The position numbers were made by a program, and so were the translations under genes. 32,000 bases of DNA. Origin: Acaryochloris marina S15. Its GTDB lineage: Bacteria > Cyanobacteriota > Cyanobacteriia > Thermosynechococcales > Thermosynechococcaceae. The notes beneath the pieces are model-generated. The model was given only the letters and a program-made list of their open reading frames with translations, was not told where the DNA came from and made no database searches. Numbering within the stretch: position 1 is the stretch's first letter; each line of letters begins with the position of its first letter. The stretch is taken from positions 1,380,001 to 1,412,000 of the forward strand of contig NZ_CP064923.1 in NCBI RefSeq assembly GCF_018336915.1, in the 5' to 3' direction. Shown here in pieces: positions 23,663 to 32,000 of this stretch.

Positions 23663-24481
23663 TCAATGGGTCCCCGGTCGAAATAGATGTCGATGTTCAG
23701 GATGATACAGCCGTGATCTCGCTTGAGAATGAGTGGCCTGCAATGCTGGACTGATTAAGTAGAGGGTCGTCCGAATCAACTCATGGTCTTCAGTTGCCTT
23801 TGCCATCTCAGATAACGGCACAACCCACATTTGTTCATCGGGCCACCCTAAGCGAAAGCCGATGGCTACAGGGGTATCCGGTTCATAATGAGCCAGCAAT
23901 TTTTGTTGAGCCTGGTCTACATGGCGGGCACTGAGATACAAACAAAGGCTGGCTTTGTGAGCTGCTAAACTGGCAAGCTCTTCTGCTTGCGGAACTTGAG
24001 TTCGGCCACTAATACGCGTCAAAATAATCGTCTGTACCAGTTCGGGTACGGTGAGTTCCACCTGCAATTTAGCTGCAGCAAGCTGGAATGCACTAATACC
24101 AGGGATAATTTCGAAGGGAATATCTGCTTCTGCCAAAGCCTGTATTTGCTCGTGAACAGCCCCATACAGACAGGGATCGCCTGAGTGGAGTCGAACGACT
24201 GAAAGATGCGATCGTACCTTCTCAATCATCATCGGAACGATATCTTCGAGGGTCTTGGTCGCGGTGGGGATCAATTCTGCTCCGTCATGGCATAGACTCA
24301 GCATTTCCTTAGGCACCAGAGAATTGGCATAAACCACTACATCTGCCTGTTGGATAATGCGCTGAGCCTTAACGGTGAGTAGCTCAGGATCTCCTGGTCC
24401 CGCTCCTACGATATAAACGGCTGGTAATAGGGACTTGCTGGACGTAGGTTGCTCAAGAAGCTCAGGAGAAGGGGGAGTCAT
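23663..24481 (-). CDS. cobM: precorrin-4 / cobalt-precorrin-4 C11-methyltransferase
   Basis: 272-aa ORF. VYIVGAGPGDPELLTVKA, VVRLHSGDPCLYGA and IPGISAF are hallmark motifs of tetrapyrrole methylases, with the CobM/CbiF layout. Confidence 0.88.
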   Translation of the reverse strand: MTPPSPELLEQPTSSKSLLPAVYIVGAGPGDPELLTVKAQRIIQQADVVVYANSLVPKEMLSLCHDGAELIPTATKTLEDIVPMMIEKVRSHLSVVRLHSGDPCLYGAVHEQIQALAEADIPFEIIPGISAFQLAAAKLQVELTVPELVQTIILTRISGRTQVPQAEELASLAAHKASLCLYLSARHVDQAQQKLLAHYEPDTPVAIGFRLGWPDEQMWVVPLSEMAKATEDHELIRTTLYLISPALQATHSQARSRLYHPEHRHLFRPGTH

Positions 24482-24534
24482 AGGATTTCAATTCAACTTA
24501 AATATCAATGAAAAAACAGAGCTGCAGTATCCCA

Positions 24535-25371
24535 TTAAGAGGCCTGCTTAGTATCCGGCAAACTACGCTTTAGCAAATACAACCAGCTCAAGCCGAGAAG
24601 GCCAATACCAATGCCAATCAAGCTCACGACTTGAGCAATTCTTAAGGGCCCAAGCATTAAACTATCCGTCCGCAATCCCTCAATCCACAGCCGACCCAGG
24701 CTATAGGTCACCGCATAGACCAGAAAGAGCGTGCCTTTTTTGGCTTTAGGGAACCTAAAAAACAATGCCAGCAAGATTCCCAGTACCATCAGATTCCATA
24801 CCGATTCATAGAGGAAGGTGGGGTGAAAGTAGGCTGAATTTCGATAGGCAAGTGGACGGCGTCCTGTTGGAATGAACAGCTTCCAAGGCAGATCAGTGGG
24901 ATCACCAAAGGCTTCTGAATTAAAGAAATTCCCCCAACGGCCGATGGCTTGCCCCAAGATTAAAGACGGAGCCACCAGGTCCGCTAATTGCCAGAAAGAA
25001 ACTTTATTCAGACGACTAAAAATCGTGGCCGCCAACATGCCGCCGAGGATGGCGCCATGAATAGCAATTCCCCCGCGCCAAATAGTGGCCACCTGATCCA
25101 AATGTTGACTGTAGTACTCCCATTGGAACAGGACATAGTAAAGACGGGCACAAGGGATGGCTCCTATGACCAGCCACATTACCAAATCACTGATGACATC
25201 TGGCTTAATCCGACGGTACGTAGCCAAATGCTGCGAGAGTTGTAATCCCAAAACGATCGCAGCTGCAATCAGGACGCCATACCATCGGATTACCACAGAA
25301 CCAATCCGGAAGATTTCTGGTCCAGGAGAGGTGAAAACGGCCCAATAGGTTGGCGGCAAATTAACGAACAT
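24535..25371 (-). CDS. lgt: prolipoprotein diacylglyceryl transferase
   Basis: 278-aa polytopic ORF with Lgt motifs: [36 protein letters not shown] and HPTFLYES. Confidence 0.92.
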   Translation of the reverse strand: MFVNLPPTYWAVFTSPGPEIFRIGSVVIRWYGVLIAAAIVLGLQLSQHLATYRRIKPDVISDLVMWLVIGAIPCARLYYVLFQWEYYSQHLDQVATIWRGGIAIHGAILGGMLAATIFSRLNKVSFWQLADLVAPSLILGQAIGRWGNFFNSEAFGDPTDLPWKLFIPTGRRPLAYRNSAYFHPTFLYESVWNLMVLGILLALFFRFPKAKKGTLFLVYAVTYSLGRLWIEGLRTDSLMLGPLRIAQVVSLIGIGIGLLGLSWLYLLKRSLPDTKQAS

Positions 25372-25506
25372 GGTTAATACACAGGCATGGATTCATCAGG
25401 AGCTTTAGCCCCAGTGCATAGTATCGCACCCCATGCTTAAGAACCGTCGTATTGATGCGTAGGTTCATATGGAAAAAAAGGAAGGTATGGCATTGGTCCT
25501 GCCTGG

Positions 25507-25749
25507 TTACTCAGCCGATTGCGCTTGCTCCAGTAAAGATTGCCAGCCTGGTTTCCATAACCCTCGATTTTTCAAGGCTTTGGCATTCACCCAAAATCGA
25601 ACCGTTTCGTCACAAGCAGCAACTAACTCAGCAAAAACCAGAGAACCTTCATTCTTGCGATTGACAACCCGAAAATGTCGCCAACCAAAGGTTGAAGATT
25701 GAGCGGTCCATTTGGAGCCAATCAAATGAGGGTGTTTCTGTTTTTTCAC
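25507..25749 (-). CDS. Trp-rich small conserved protein (TIGR02450-like)
   Basis: 80-aa ORF. The pattern LIGSKWTA...GWRHFRV...W...W..GW matches my recollection of the TIGR02450 tryptophan-rich family. Not verified. Confidence 0.6.
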   Translation of the reverse strand: MKKQKHPHLIGSKWTAQSSTFGWRHFRVVNRKNEGSLVFAELVAACDETVRFWVNAKALKNRGLWKPGWQSLLEQAQSAE

Positions 25750-25803
25750 AATCAGACGTCACACTTGGTGACAAGTGAATGGAGCGATTAACAATCAATA
25801 ATT

Positions 25804-26892
25804 CTAAAGAGTGACTGGAGACGTTAAACCCAGAGCTGCCAGGAGCTGATCAATATTGCAGTGCTGATTGATCATTTCCTGAATACATTCAACTTTAATG
25901 CGCTCATGCACTTGGGCACGTTTGAAGGCTTTCTCGACGATTTCAACGGTGGTTAGGGTATCTGAATCAACTAACAACACGGGGATCTCTAGATCTTTAG
26001 CCCGGTTCAGTACCAATTCATTGGGGGGGAAATGCCCGGTCAAAATCAAACAATGGGTAGAAGACTCCAAAGCCGCAAGTTGAAGATCGGTGCGATCGCC
26101 TCCTGTCACCACAGCCATGTTTCGACCTTTTCGGAAATACTTTAAGGCAGAATTGACATTCATTGCCCCAATGGTTAGCTCTTCCACCATGAGGTTTAAG
26201 TAGTCATGACCGCACAGGATGTCAGCTTGGAGCTGTTGAACCAACTCCGATACACTGACGCTGCGCAGTAAAGCGTTACTAGGCAATACCCCTAAAACAG
26301 GGATTTGTTTCGTTTCAAGGAAAGATTGCACTGTTGATTGCAATAGTTGTTGTTGTTCAACGCTCACATCGTTGAAAATGACGCCCACCAAACGATTACC
26401 AAGGGTGGCCTTCGCATTGAGCACAGCATCAATCATGGCGAGATTGTGAAAGCGGCTCACTAACACGACTTCTGCATCTAGTGCTTGAGCCATTTGAGGT
26501 AAAGATACGTCAAATAGATATCCTTCTGAAAGAGAGCCAGGACCTTCTAAAATCACAAGGTCAACATCATCTTTCTTTTCTAACTGATGTAGTTGTTCTA
26601 CATAGTTAGTCGCATCTCCATCTTCAAGCTGTTGCTGAATATGTTGAGGATGAATAGATAACAGGGTAGGGTAAACCTGCTCTGGCGTGAGCCCGAGGGT
26701 TTCAGCAATGAATTTAACATCAATGTCCAGTCCGTCATCGGCCAATCCCTCAGCGTACGTGCCGATAGGTTTAGCGTAGGCCAATCGGTATCCCTTACTG
26801 ATCAGAGATTGAGCAAGGCCCAGAATGGCAGCTGACTTACCACTGAATGCTTCAATGGAACCAATCAGCAGATGTTTTGACGCCTTTTGCAC
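25804..26892 (-). CDS. phosphotransacetylase-N-terminal-like protein (P-loop DTBS/CobQ-type domain plus DRTGG-like domain)
   Basis: 362-aa ORF. N-terminus LLIGSIEAFSGKSAAILGLAQSL...YAKPIG (dethiobiotin-synthetase-like P-loop). The C-terminal part has VVTGGDRTDLQLAAL...LILTG (DRTGG-type). Confidence 0.7.
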   Translation of the reverse strand: MQKASKHLLIGSIEAFSGKSAAILGLAQSLISKGYRLAYAKPIGTYAEGLADDGLDIDVKFIAETLGLTPEQVYPTLLSIHPQHIQQQLEDGDATNYVEQLHQLEKKDDVDLVILEGPGSLSEGYLFDVSLPQMAQALDAEVVLVSRFHNLAMIDAVLNAKATLGNRLVGVIFNDVSVEQQQLLQSTVQSFLETKQIPVLGVLPSNALLRSVSVSELVQQLQADILCGHDYLNLMVEELTIGAMNVNSALKYFRKGRNMAVVTGGDRTDLQLAALESSTHCLILTGHFPPNELVLNRAKDLEIPVLLVDSDTLTTVEIVEKAFKRAQVHERIKVECIQEMINQHCNIDQLLAALGLTSPVTL

Positions 26893-26918
26893 TCCGAGAA
26901 CTCCTCATGGATTAGGGG

Positions 26919-27299
26919 TTAATCATCTAGCTTTAACAGCTTACGATAGAAAGTCTTGGGAAAATCAGCAACTTTAGTGCGTCGGTAGTTGGTAATGACT
27001 TCGATTAAAAAACCAATAAATTCGAAATTCGTAATCGTGAGTTCGTAATTTAAGTCCCCGTCATTATCAAACTGGATGCGGCAACGGGTTAGGTCTGCAG
27101 GCAATTTAGAAACATTCCATGTCGCCACAAAGGGAATATTGCTTCCCCCTTCGATGCCCCGTTGCCCTTCTAAGTTGTTATTTTGATAAAGCGAGATCGC
27201 CAAAGGTAGTAAATCTCTTTTACCGCCTTGGTAATAGGGCAGGTAGACATTGACGTCTCGTGGGGTAGCAGGTTGAATAGCATCTAAAACTTGGGTCAT
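26919..27299 (-). CDS. hypothetical protein
   Basis: 126-aa ORF, same strand as and 26 nt upstream of the Pta-N-like gene. No recognisable motifs. Confidence 0.5.
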   Translation of the reverse strand: MTQVLDAIQPATPRDVNVYLPYYQGGKRDLLPLAISLYQNNNLEGQRGIEGGSNIPFVATWNVSKLPADLTRCRIQFDNDGDLNYELTITNFEFIGFLIEVITNYRRTKVADFPKTFYRKLLKLDD

Positions 27300-27544
27300 C
27301 TAACAACGTCCTCATTGACCGATCAATCAATAAACCTCATGTATGAAGTATGGGCAAGTCCGTGACGAATTTTACTGTTTGACCTGAATTTTTCTGCTTT
27401 TCTCCCAAAATGCTTCCCCTTCTTGAGAAGCCAGAAGGTCAAGCACACCAAATATATAAAGATATATATACAGTTTATGGTATACGTGGTGGGTAGAACC
27501 AATGGACCTCTGCCGGTAAAGTTGCTTAGCTGGAACAGAAGATT

Positions 27545-28519
27545 ATGGCTCCCCTAGTTGCAAATTACTATCTGACCTACCGCTGTAATGCACGATGTCA
27601 TTTCTGTGATATCTGGGCATTAGATCCAGGTAAGGAAGCAGATTTCGATACGATCGAGCATAATCTAGAGGATTTAAAGCGCCTGGGAGTCAAATACGTT
27701 GACTTTACAGGGGGAGAACCTCTTTTAAGAGCAGATGTTGGCGAAATCTACCAGACTGCCAAGCAGCTTGGTTTTTACACCAGCATGACCACCAACACCA
27801 TCCTCTATTTAAAAAAAGCCCATGAAGTCAGAGGGCTAGTCGACTTCCTCAATTTCTCACTGGATGGTCCAGATGCAGAAACTCATGATCACTCAAGAGG
27901 GGTCAAGATTTTTGACAATTTAGTCGAGTCGGTCAAGTTAGCTCTGGAGCTAGGTGAATATCCAGTTCTTAACCATACGGTGACGGCTCAGAACTACGAG
28001 CGAATTCATGAGGTGGCTGAATTAGGTGCGCGCCTGGGTGTCAGAGTATGGCTGAATCCAGCATTCACCGCTTACGCGAACTATAACAATCGGAAAAATC
28101 CAACCCCTGCCATTGTCGAAGCGATTGAATCGAGTGGTAGAAAGTACCGAAATCTGGGCTACAACAAAGCAGCTTTAGAGTTCATCCGGGCTGGGGGGAA
28201 TGATACCCAAAACCCAAGGTGTAAAGCGGTTGATGCAGTGATCGCTATTTCTCCAAATGACGAGTTGCTGCTTCCTTGCTACCATTTCGCTCAAACAGGC
28301 GTACCAATAGAAGGCAAACTGTACGATATGTACCGACAATCCGAAATTGTCGAAGAATATCGTCAATCCCAAGGTCAACTGAAGGTATGTGAAGGGTGTA
28401 CAGTCTGGTGTTATCTCATTCCCAGTTTCTTCCAAGGCGTTGATAAATATTGGGTCCTAAACCAAGTAAGTTATGTCGGAGAATTCCTGGCCAGAAAACG
28501 ATTCTTGCAACATGTCTAA
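27545..28519 (+). CDS. radical SAM protein with a Cys-rich C-terminal region
   Basis: 324-aa ORF. Canonical CxxxCxxC (YRCNARCHFCDIW) at the N-terminus, then FTGGEPLL. C-terminal cysteines (CKAV...LPCYHF...KVCEGCTVWCY) suggest an auxiliary cluster. Confidence 0.85.
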   Translation: MAPLVANYYLTYRCNARCHFCDIWALDPGKEADFDTIEHNLEDLKRLGVKYVDFTGGEPLLRADVGEIYQTAKQLGFYTSMTTNTILYLKKAHEVRGLVDFLNFSLDGPDAETHDHSRGVKIFDNLVESVKLALELGEYPVLNHTVTAQNYERIHEVAELGARLGVRVWLNPAFTAYANYNNRKNPTPAIVEAIESSGRKYRNLGYNKAALEFIRAGGNDTQNPRCKAVDAVIAISPNDELLLPCYHFAQTGVPIEGKLYDMYRQSEIVEEYRQSQGQLKVCEGCTVWCYLIPSFFQGVDKYWVLNQVSYVGEFLARKRFLQHV

Positions 28520-29894
28520 CGTGAAATCTCCTTGGCCAGAAGACTCGGAACTCCCACAGCTTTCTGATGTGGAAATTGATTACCCCGAAGGTGAAGGTCG
28601 GCGACGCAAAGCGGCTTTGATGCTCGCCTTAATCTGGAGTTGTACGATTTCTCTGCACCTGTTTTCAGTCGGTTTCTGGGCTGTTTGTTGCCTGACAACC
28701 ATTATTAGTATGCACTGGCTGCGGATGATTCGGGCGTCTGCACTGCCTACTGTAGAGCCATTAAGTTTAGACAAAGCTGAAACTGAATATCCCTTTGTAT
28801 CGCTTTTAGTATCGGCAAAAAATGAAGAAGCAGTCTTAGGGGCTCTAGTTAAAACCCTCTGTAAACTAGACTATCCTGCCGAACGGTATGAAGTATGGAT
28901 TGTCGATGATAACAGTACTGATAAGACACCAGACGTTCTGGCACAATTGTCTGAAGAGTATTCTCAACTCCATGTGCTGCGACGATCGGCAGAAGATGGG
29001 GGCGGAAAGTCAGGTGCCTTGAATCAGGTTTTGCCCTTGACCCAAGGCGACATTATTGGGGTTTTTGATGCAGATGCTCAGGTCTCTGCTGATCTACTCT
29101 GTCGAGTTTTACCTCTGTTTGATGATCAGCAGATGGGCGCGGTCCAAGTTCGTAAACAGATTGCGAACGCTGATACAAATTTTTGGACCCGAGGTCAGTC
29201 CGCTGAAATGGGATTAGACCTGTATCTTCAACAGCAACGGATTGCAGTGGGAGGAGTGGGTGAGCTTCGAGGTAATGGTCAATTTGTCCGTCGCCAAGCG
29301 TTGGCCAGTTGTGGCGGTTGGAATGAGGCGACTATTACCGATGATTTGGATTTGACCTTCCGCTTACATCTGAATCATTGGGATATCGGTATTTTGCCTC
29401 TGCCTGCTGTGCGAGAGGAAGGGGTGACCCGGGCTGTCGCCCTTTGGCATCAACGGAATCGTTGGGCAGAAGGAGGATATCAACGGTATTTAGATTATTG
29501 GCCCTTAATTATTCGTAACCGCTTAGGGCCCCGTAAAACCTTTGATTTAGTCGTGTTTTGGTTTGCTCAGTATGTCCTTCCCACTGCGGCTGTGCCTGAC
29601 TTGGTGATGGCCACAGCCCGCAATCAGCTTCCTTTGTTAATGCCGATGACCAGTGTGACTATGTTGTTGTCCTTGGTGGGGATGTGGAATGGGTTAGATC
29701 GCATTCGTAGAGCTGAACAAGTTGCCCCTTCACCGTTTGTGATGTTCTTACAAACGGTAAGAGGGACTCTATATACTTGCCATTGGTTTTTGGTGATGGC
29801 CTGTGTCACGGCCCGGATGTCCATTCGACCAAAACGCTTGAAATGGGTAAAAACCCTTCGTCAGGATGACTACCAGATTTATGTACCTGATTAG
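28473..29894 (+). CDS. membrane-bound family 2 glycosyltransferase
   Basis: 473-aa ORF; an alternative start ATG 28512 overlaps the radical SAM stop by 8 nt. N-terminal TM helices, then VSLLVSAKNEE, VWIVDDNSTD, GVFDADA and HQRNRWAEGG (the Q/RxxRW motif), followed by C-terminal TM helices. Confidence 0.85.
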   Translation: MSENSWPENDSCNMSNVKSPWPEDSELPQLSDVEIDYPEGEGRRRKAALMLALIWSCTISLHLFSVGFWAVCCLTTIISMHWLRMIRASALPTVEPLSLDKAETEYPFVSLLVSAKNEEAVLGALVKTLCKLDYPAERYEVWIVDDNSTDKTPDVLAQLSEEYSQLHVLRRSAEDGGGKSGALNQVLPLTQGDIIGVFDADAQVSADLLCRVLPLFDDQQMGAVQVRKQIANADTNFWTRGQSAEMGLDLYLQQQRIAVGGVGELRGNGQFVRRQALASCGGWNEATITDDLDLTFRLHLNHWDIGILPLPAVREEGVTRAVALWHQRNRWAEGGYQRYLDYWPLIIRNRLGPRKTFDLVVFWFAQYVLPTAAVPDLVMATARNQLPLLMPMTSVTMLLSLVGMWNGLDRIRRAEQVAPSPFVMFLQTVRGTLYTCHWFLVMACVTARMSIRPKRLKWVKTLRQDDYQIYVPD

Positions 29895-30066
29895 CTGAGG
29901 CAGTTCGAGGGGTTTGATTGAATGCCGCTCTTATCACTGAGTCCGATTAGGTAAGCGTCTTTCAGCTTCCATAAGCCTACGTAACCCGAACATAGGTTAA
30001 GTCCTGTCATAAAAAAAAATCGAGGCGTCAATAGGCGAATACCTTCAGCAAAAAGGATCAAGCCCA

Positions 30067-30675
30067 TTAAAGAGGGTTTTTGGATGGCAGTAATTTCGCT
30101 ATCCCTTTTTCTGTGCAAATAGCCTTTAAGGGTTGGTCCCAAGATTCAGTGGGAAGTTGCTCTAAGAGATCTCGTTCAAAGACAATTCCGATGGTTGGGA
30201 TATCAGCCCAACTGGGTGAGGCTAATAAGCGGTCGTAATATCCACCGCCATACCCCAAGCGATACCCGTTGCGATCGCAAGCCACAGCTGGCACCAAAAT
30301 CAGATCAATCTCATCAGCCGATAACTCAGGAAAATCTGGATAAGGTTCCCAAATTCCATACTTACCCTTTTGCAGCATTTGGGAGTTTAGGGGATTACAG
30401 CGATGCCAAATCAAATGCTGTCCCACACATCGAGGGAGGCCCCACTCTCGGTCTTGTCCTTGTAAAAACAGCCAGCTTAAATCGGGTTCTTGTCGAAATG
30501 TCATATAAGCCAAAACGGTTTTGGCTTGCCCCCAGAGGGATGAATCTAGTAACTGCTGGCAGAGAGTCTGACTAAAAAGACGCCATTGCTCAACAGGCAT
30601 CGATTGACGCTGCGTCAGCAATTGACGTCTCAAAGTATTCTTGTCGAGTTGAGGATTAGAGCCAGAAGACTGCAC
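30067..30675 (-). CDS. 5-formyltetrahydrofolate cyclo-ligase
   Basis: 202-aa ORF. LRRQLLTQRQSM..., LILVPAVACDRNGYRLGYGGGYYDR is the family signature. Confidence 0.88.
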   Translation of the reverse strand: MQSSGSNPQLDKNTLRRQLLTQRQSMPVEQWRLFSQTLCQQLLDSSLWGQAKTVLAYMTFRQEPDLSWLFLQGQDREWGLPRCVGQHLIWHRCNPLNSQMLQKGKYGIWEPYPDFPELSADEIDLILVPAVACDRNGYRLGYGGGYYDRLLASPSWADIPTIGIVFERDLLEQLPTESWDQPLKAICTEKGIAKLLPSKNPL

Positions 30676-31340
30676 TAAAACTGGGTTGCCACCAATAAGA
30701 ACAAACTATCCACTAGCAGCGTGCCCAATACAGATCCTGAGAAAGCCCACCAACAGAGCTGGTCTTTTTGCCCTGTCCAGGTATCCGGGGGCAGTAAGGG
30801 GCGAATACTCATCACACAGAGTCCAACCACTAAAACCATCGCCCAAAATTGTCCCCAAGGGGTTTGGGTATGCTCTAAAGCTTTTGGCAATAGTGCCATA
30901 GCTTCTGTTTGATCCGTTTGAATCAAGACTCGCCAGGTGGGCATTAAATCCACCAGGAAGAAATACACATCCGTGACGGTTGAGCCAATCAAAGACCCTA
31001 AAAAGAACAGAGAGCCAATTTTAAGACGGGAATTGAGTAAGGCCCAAATGGCGATGGGTAAACCAATCGCTTCCATCGGCACGTGCCATAAAGGCTCTGC
31101 TCGAAACCAACCCCAATAAATTGAGCCGGAGAACCAGGCCAAAGCAAAGCCAAACAGCAAATCACCCCAGATTTGAGTTTTGTCTTGACGCATCAACCCA
31201 TAACTTCCCAAAAGCCACCCTCCTGTGGCCACCAGACTTAGCCATGGCCAAGTCCTCACCAAAGGCGCTTGGATCAGCACAGGTAAGGACACCAAAAACA
31301 TCGCGGCGCTGAATAGCATCCAGCTCTGAAACGTCCCCAT
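30675..31340 (-). CDS. polytopic membrane protein, unknown function
   Basis: The ORF is open to a TTG at 31385; the first ATG is at 31340. About 6 hydrophobic helices. The stop shares one nucleotide with the start of the downstream cyclo-ligase gene (30675). Confidence 0.6.
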   Translation of the reverse strand: MGTFQSWMLFSAAMFLVSLPVLIQAPLVRTWPWLSLVATGGWLLGSYGLMRQDKTQIWGDLLFGFALAWFSGSIYWGWFRAEPLWHVPMEAIGLPIAIWALLNSRLKIGSLFFLGSLIGSTVTDVYFFLVDLMPTWRVLIQTDQTEAMALLPKALEHTQTPWGQFWAMVLVVGLCVMSIRPLLPPDTWTGQKDQLCWWAFSGSVLGTLLVDSLFLLVATQF

Positions 31341-31625
31341 GCTTTGAATGGTTTGCCTGAGGGAGCTTTGAAAAGTTTGTTTCAAGGATTATTCTCCAGA
31401 TTTTTTCAAAGTTATAAAAATGCTAATAATTCAATATGATTGATTAGGCAATAATCGTTAATATTCGTTAATATTTTGCGTTTATTGAGTCATCCTTAAG
31501 GTGGCATGTAATTCAGATTAGTGTATCACGGGAAGGTCTGATGGCTGTGCCTTCTACAACCTAGCTACAACTAGCTCTCCTGCTTGAATTACTAATAATT
31601 AATTAAACATATCTCCTCAAATCTA

Positions 31626-32000
31626 ATGCGCATTATTTTGCAAAGAGTTAATGAATCACGGGTCGAAGTTGCGGGTCAAATGATTGGCGAAATTCAAAAA
31701 GGTCTCAATTTATTAGTAGGAATTACCCCTTCTGATACGGAGCAAGAAGTGGCTTGGATGGCCCGTAAATGTTTGGAGCTACGAATCTTTCCCGATTCGT
31801 CGGGCAAGCTGTCCCAGTCTGTCCAAGATATAGAGGGCGAATTACTCGTGATTAGCCAGTTTACATTGTATGGAGATTGTCGGAAGGGGCGGCGGCCTTC
31901 CTTCGATCAAGCGGCACCCGGTGCCATCGCAGAAAAGATTTATGATCAATTCGTGGCCAAACTGAGAGCCAGCGGTTTACAGGTCGAAACGGGACAGTTT
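31626..32000 (+). CDS. dtd: D-aminoacyl-tRNA deacylase (3' end beyond the window)
   Basis: Hand translation gives [33 protein letters not shown]...[26 protein letters not shown]...VETGQF. The SQFTL and G.RPSF motifs are Dtd hallmarks. 125 in-frame codons run to the window edge. Confidence 0.9.
   Translation, partial: MRIILQRVNESRVEVAGQMIGEIQKGLNLLVGITPSDTEQEVAWMARKCLELRIFPDSSGKLSQSVQDIEGELLVISQFTLYGDCRKGRRPSFDQAAPGAIAEKIYDQFVAKLRASGLQVETGQF

Noticed and set aside
23551-23754. 67-aa plus-strand ORF overlapping the 3' end of cobM
   Set aside because: It has a non-ATG start and overlaps cobM antisense by about 90 nt. It shows no motifs.
15853-25702. Remaining short shadow ORFs inside the TPR gene, ftsH, the sigma factor, cobM, lgt and the Trp-rich gene (for example 15853-16221, 19268-19681, 21554-22324, 23987-24225, 24872-25348, 25452-25702)
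   Set aside because: All are antisense or alternate-frame ORFs within strongly supported genes, with no independent evidence.
29891-30142. 83-aa minus-strand ORF overlapping the 3' end of the 5-formyl-THF cyclo-ligase gene
   Set aside because: It overlaps the well-supported cyclo-ligase gene out of frame. The rest lies in the convergent intergenic region, with no RBS.
31455-31474. Perfect tandem duplication tcgttaatat x2 in the divergent promoter region upstream of dtd
   Set aside because: It has only two copies of 10 bp in AT-rich intergenic DNA. It could be a slippage product or an operator, but there is nothing to support a function.
1-32000. Search for tRNA, rRNA, tmRNA, RNase P, riboswitches (including B12 upstream of cobM), CRISPR arrays, transposases and integrases
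   Set aside because: By eye I recognised no cloverleaf-capable segments, conserved RNA boxes, repeat-spacer arrays or recombinase motifs. cobM directly follows lgt with no leader long enough for a B12 riboswitch. A covariance-model scan would be needed for certainty.

Overview
This 32 kb window looks like a cyanobacterial chromosome segment. Evidence: 12 perfect HIP1 palindromes (GCGATCGC), three high-light-inducible protein (Hlip) genes, a PGR5-like gene, a group-2 sigma factor, and HLR1/RpaB-type promoter motifs. Most of it is ordinary housekeeping or accessory coding: aldo/keto reductase, pdxH, two GNATs, two cupins, ftsH, cobM, lgt, a radical SAM plus GT2 pair, 5-formyl-THF cyclo-ligase and dtd. 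The standout locus is 6171-12276 on the minus strand. A TIR-like plus P-loop (STAND/AAA-like) gene has no sensor domain. Its stop overlaps the start region of a ~1540-aa gene that opens with a paralogous P-loop module. That second gene continues through a hydrophobic segment and a ~135-aa charged helix into 22 WD40 blades, encoded by near-identical 123-bp tandem units. I read this as a split, NLR-like effector/sensor pair that I cannot match to a named system. The second notable region is a high-light neighbourhood at 18.2-23.5 kb: ftsH, a PGR5-like gene, the sigma factor and three Hlip genes. Two of the Hlip genes are below the ORF-track cutoff. Two perfect and one near-perfect HLR1 direct repeats sit in similar TTGACA promoters with a shared ACGGAGTC leader. 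I recognised no rRNA, tRNA, CRISPR array, transposase or integrase. All calls come from reading the sequence and translations by eye; no HMM or BLAST was run.
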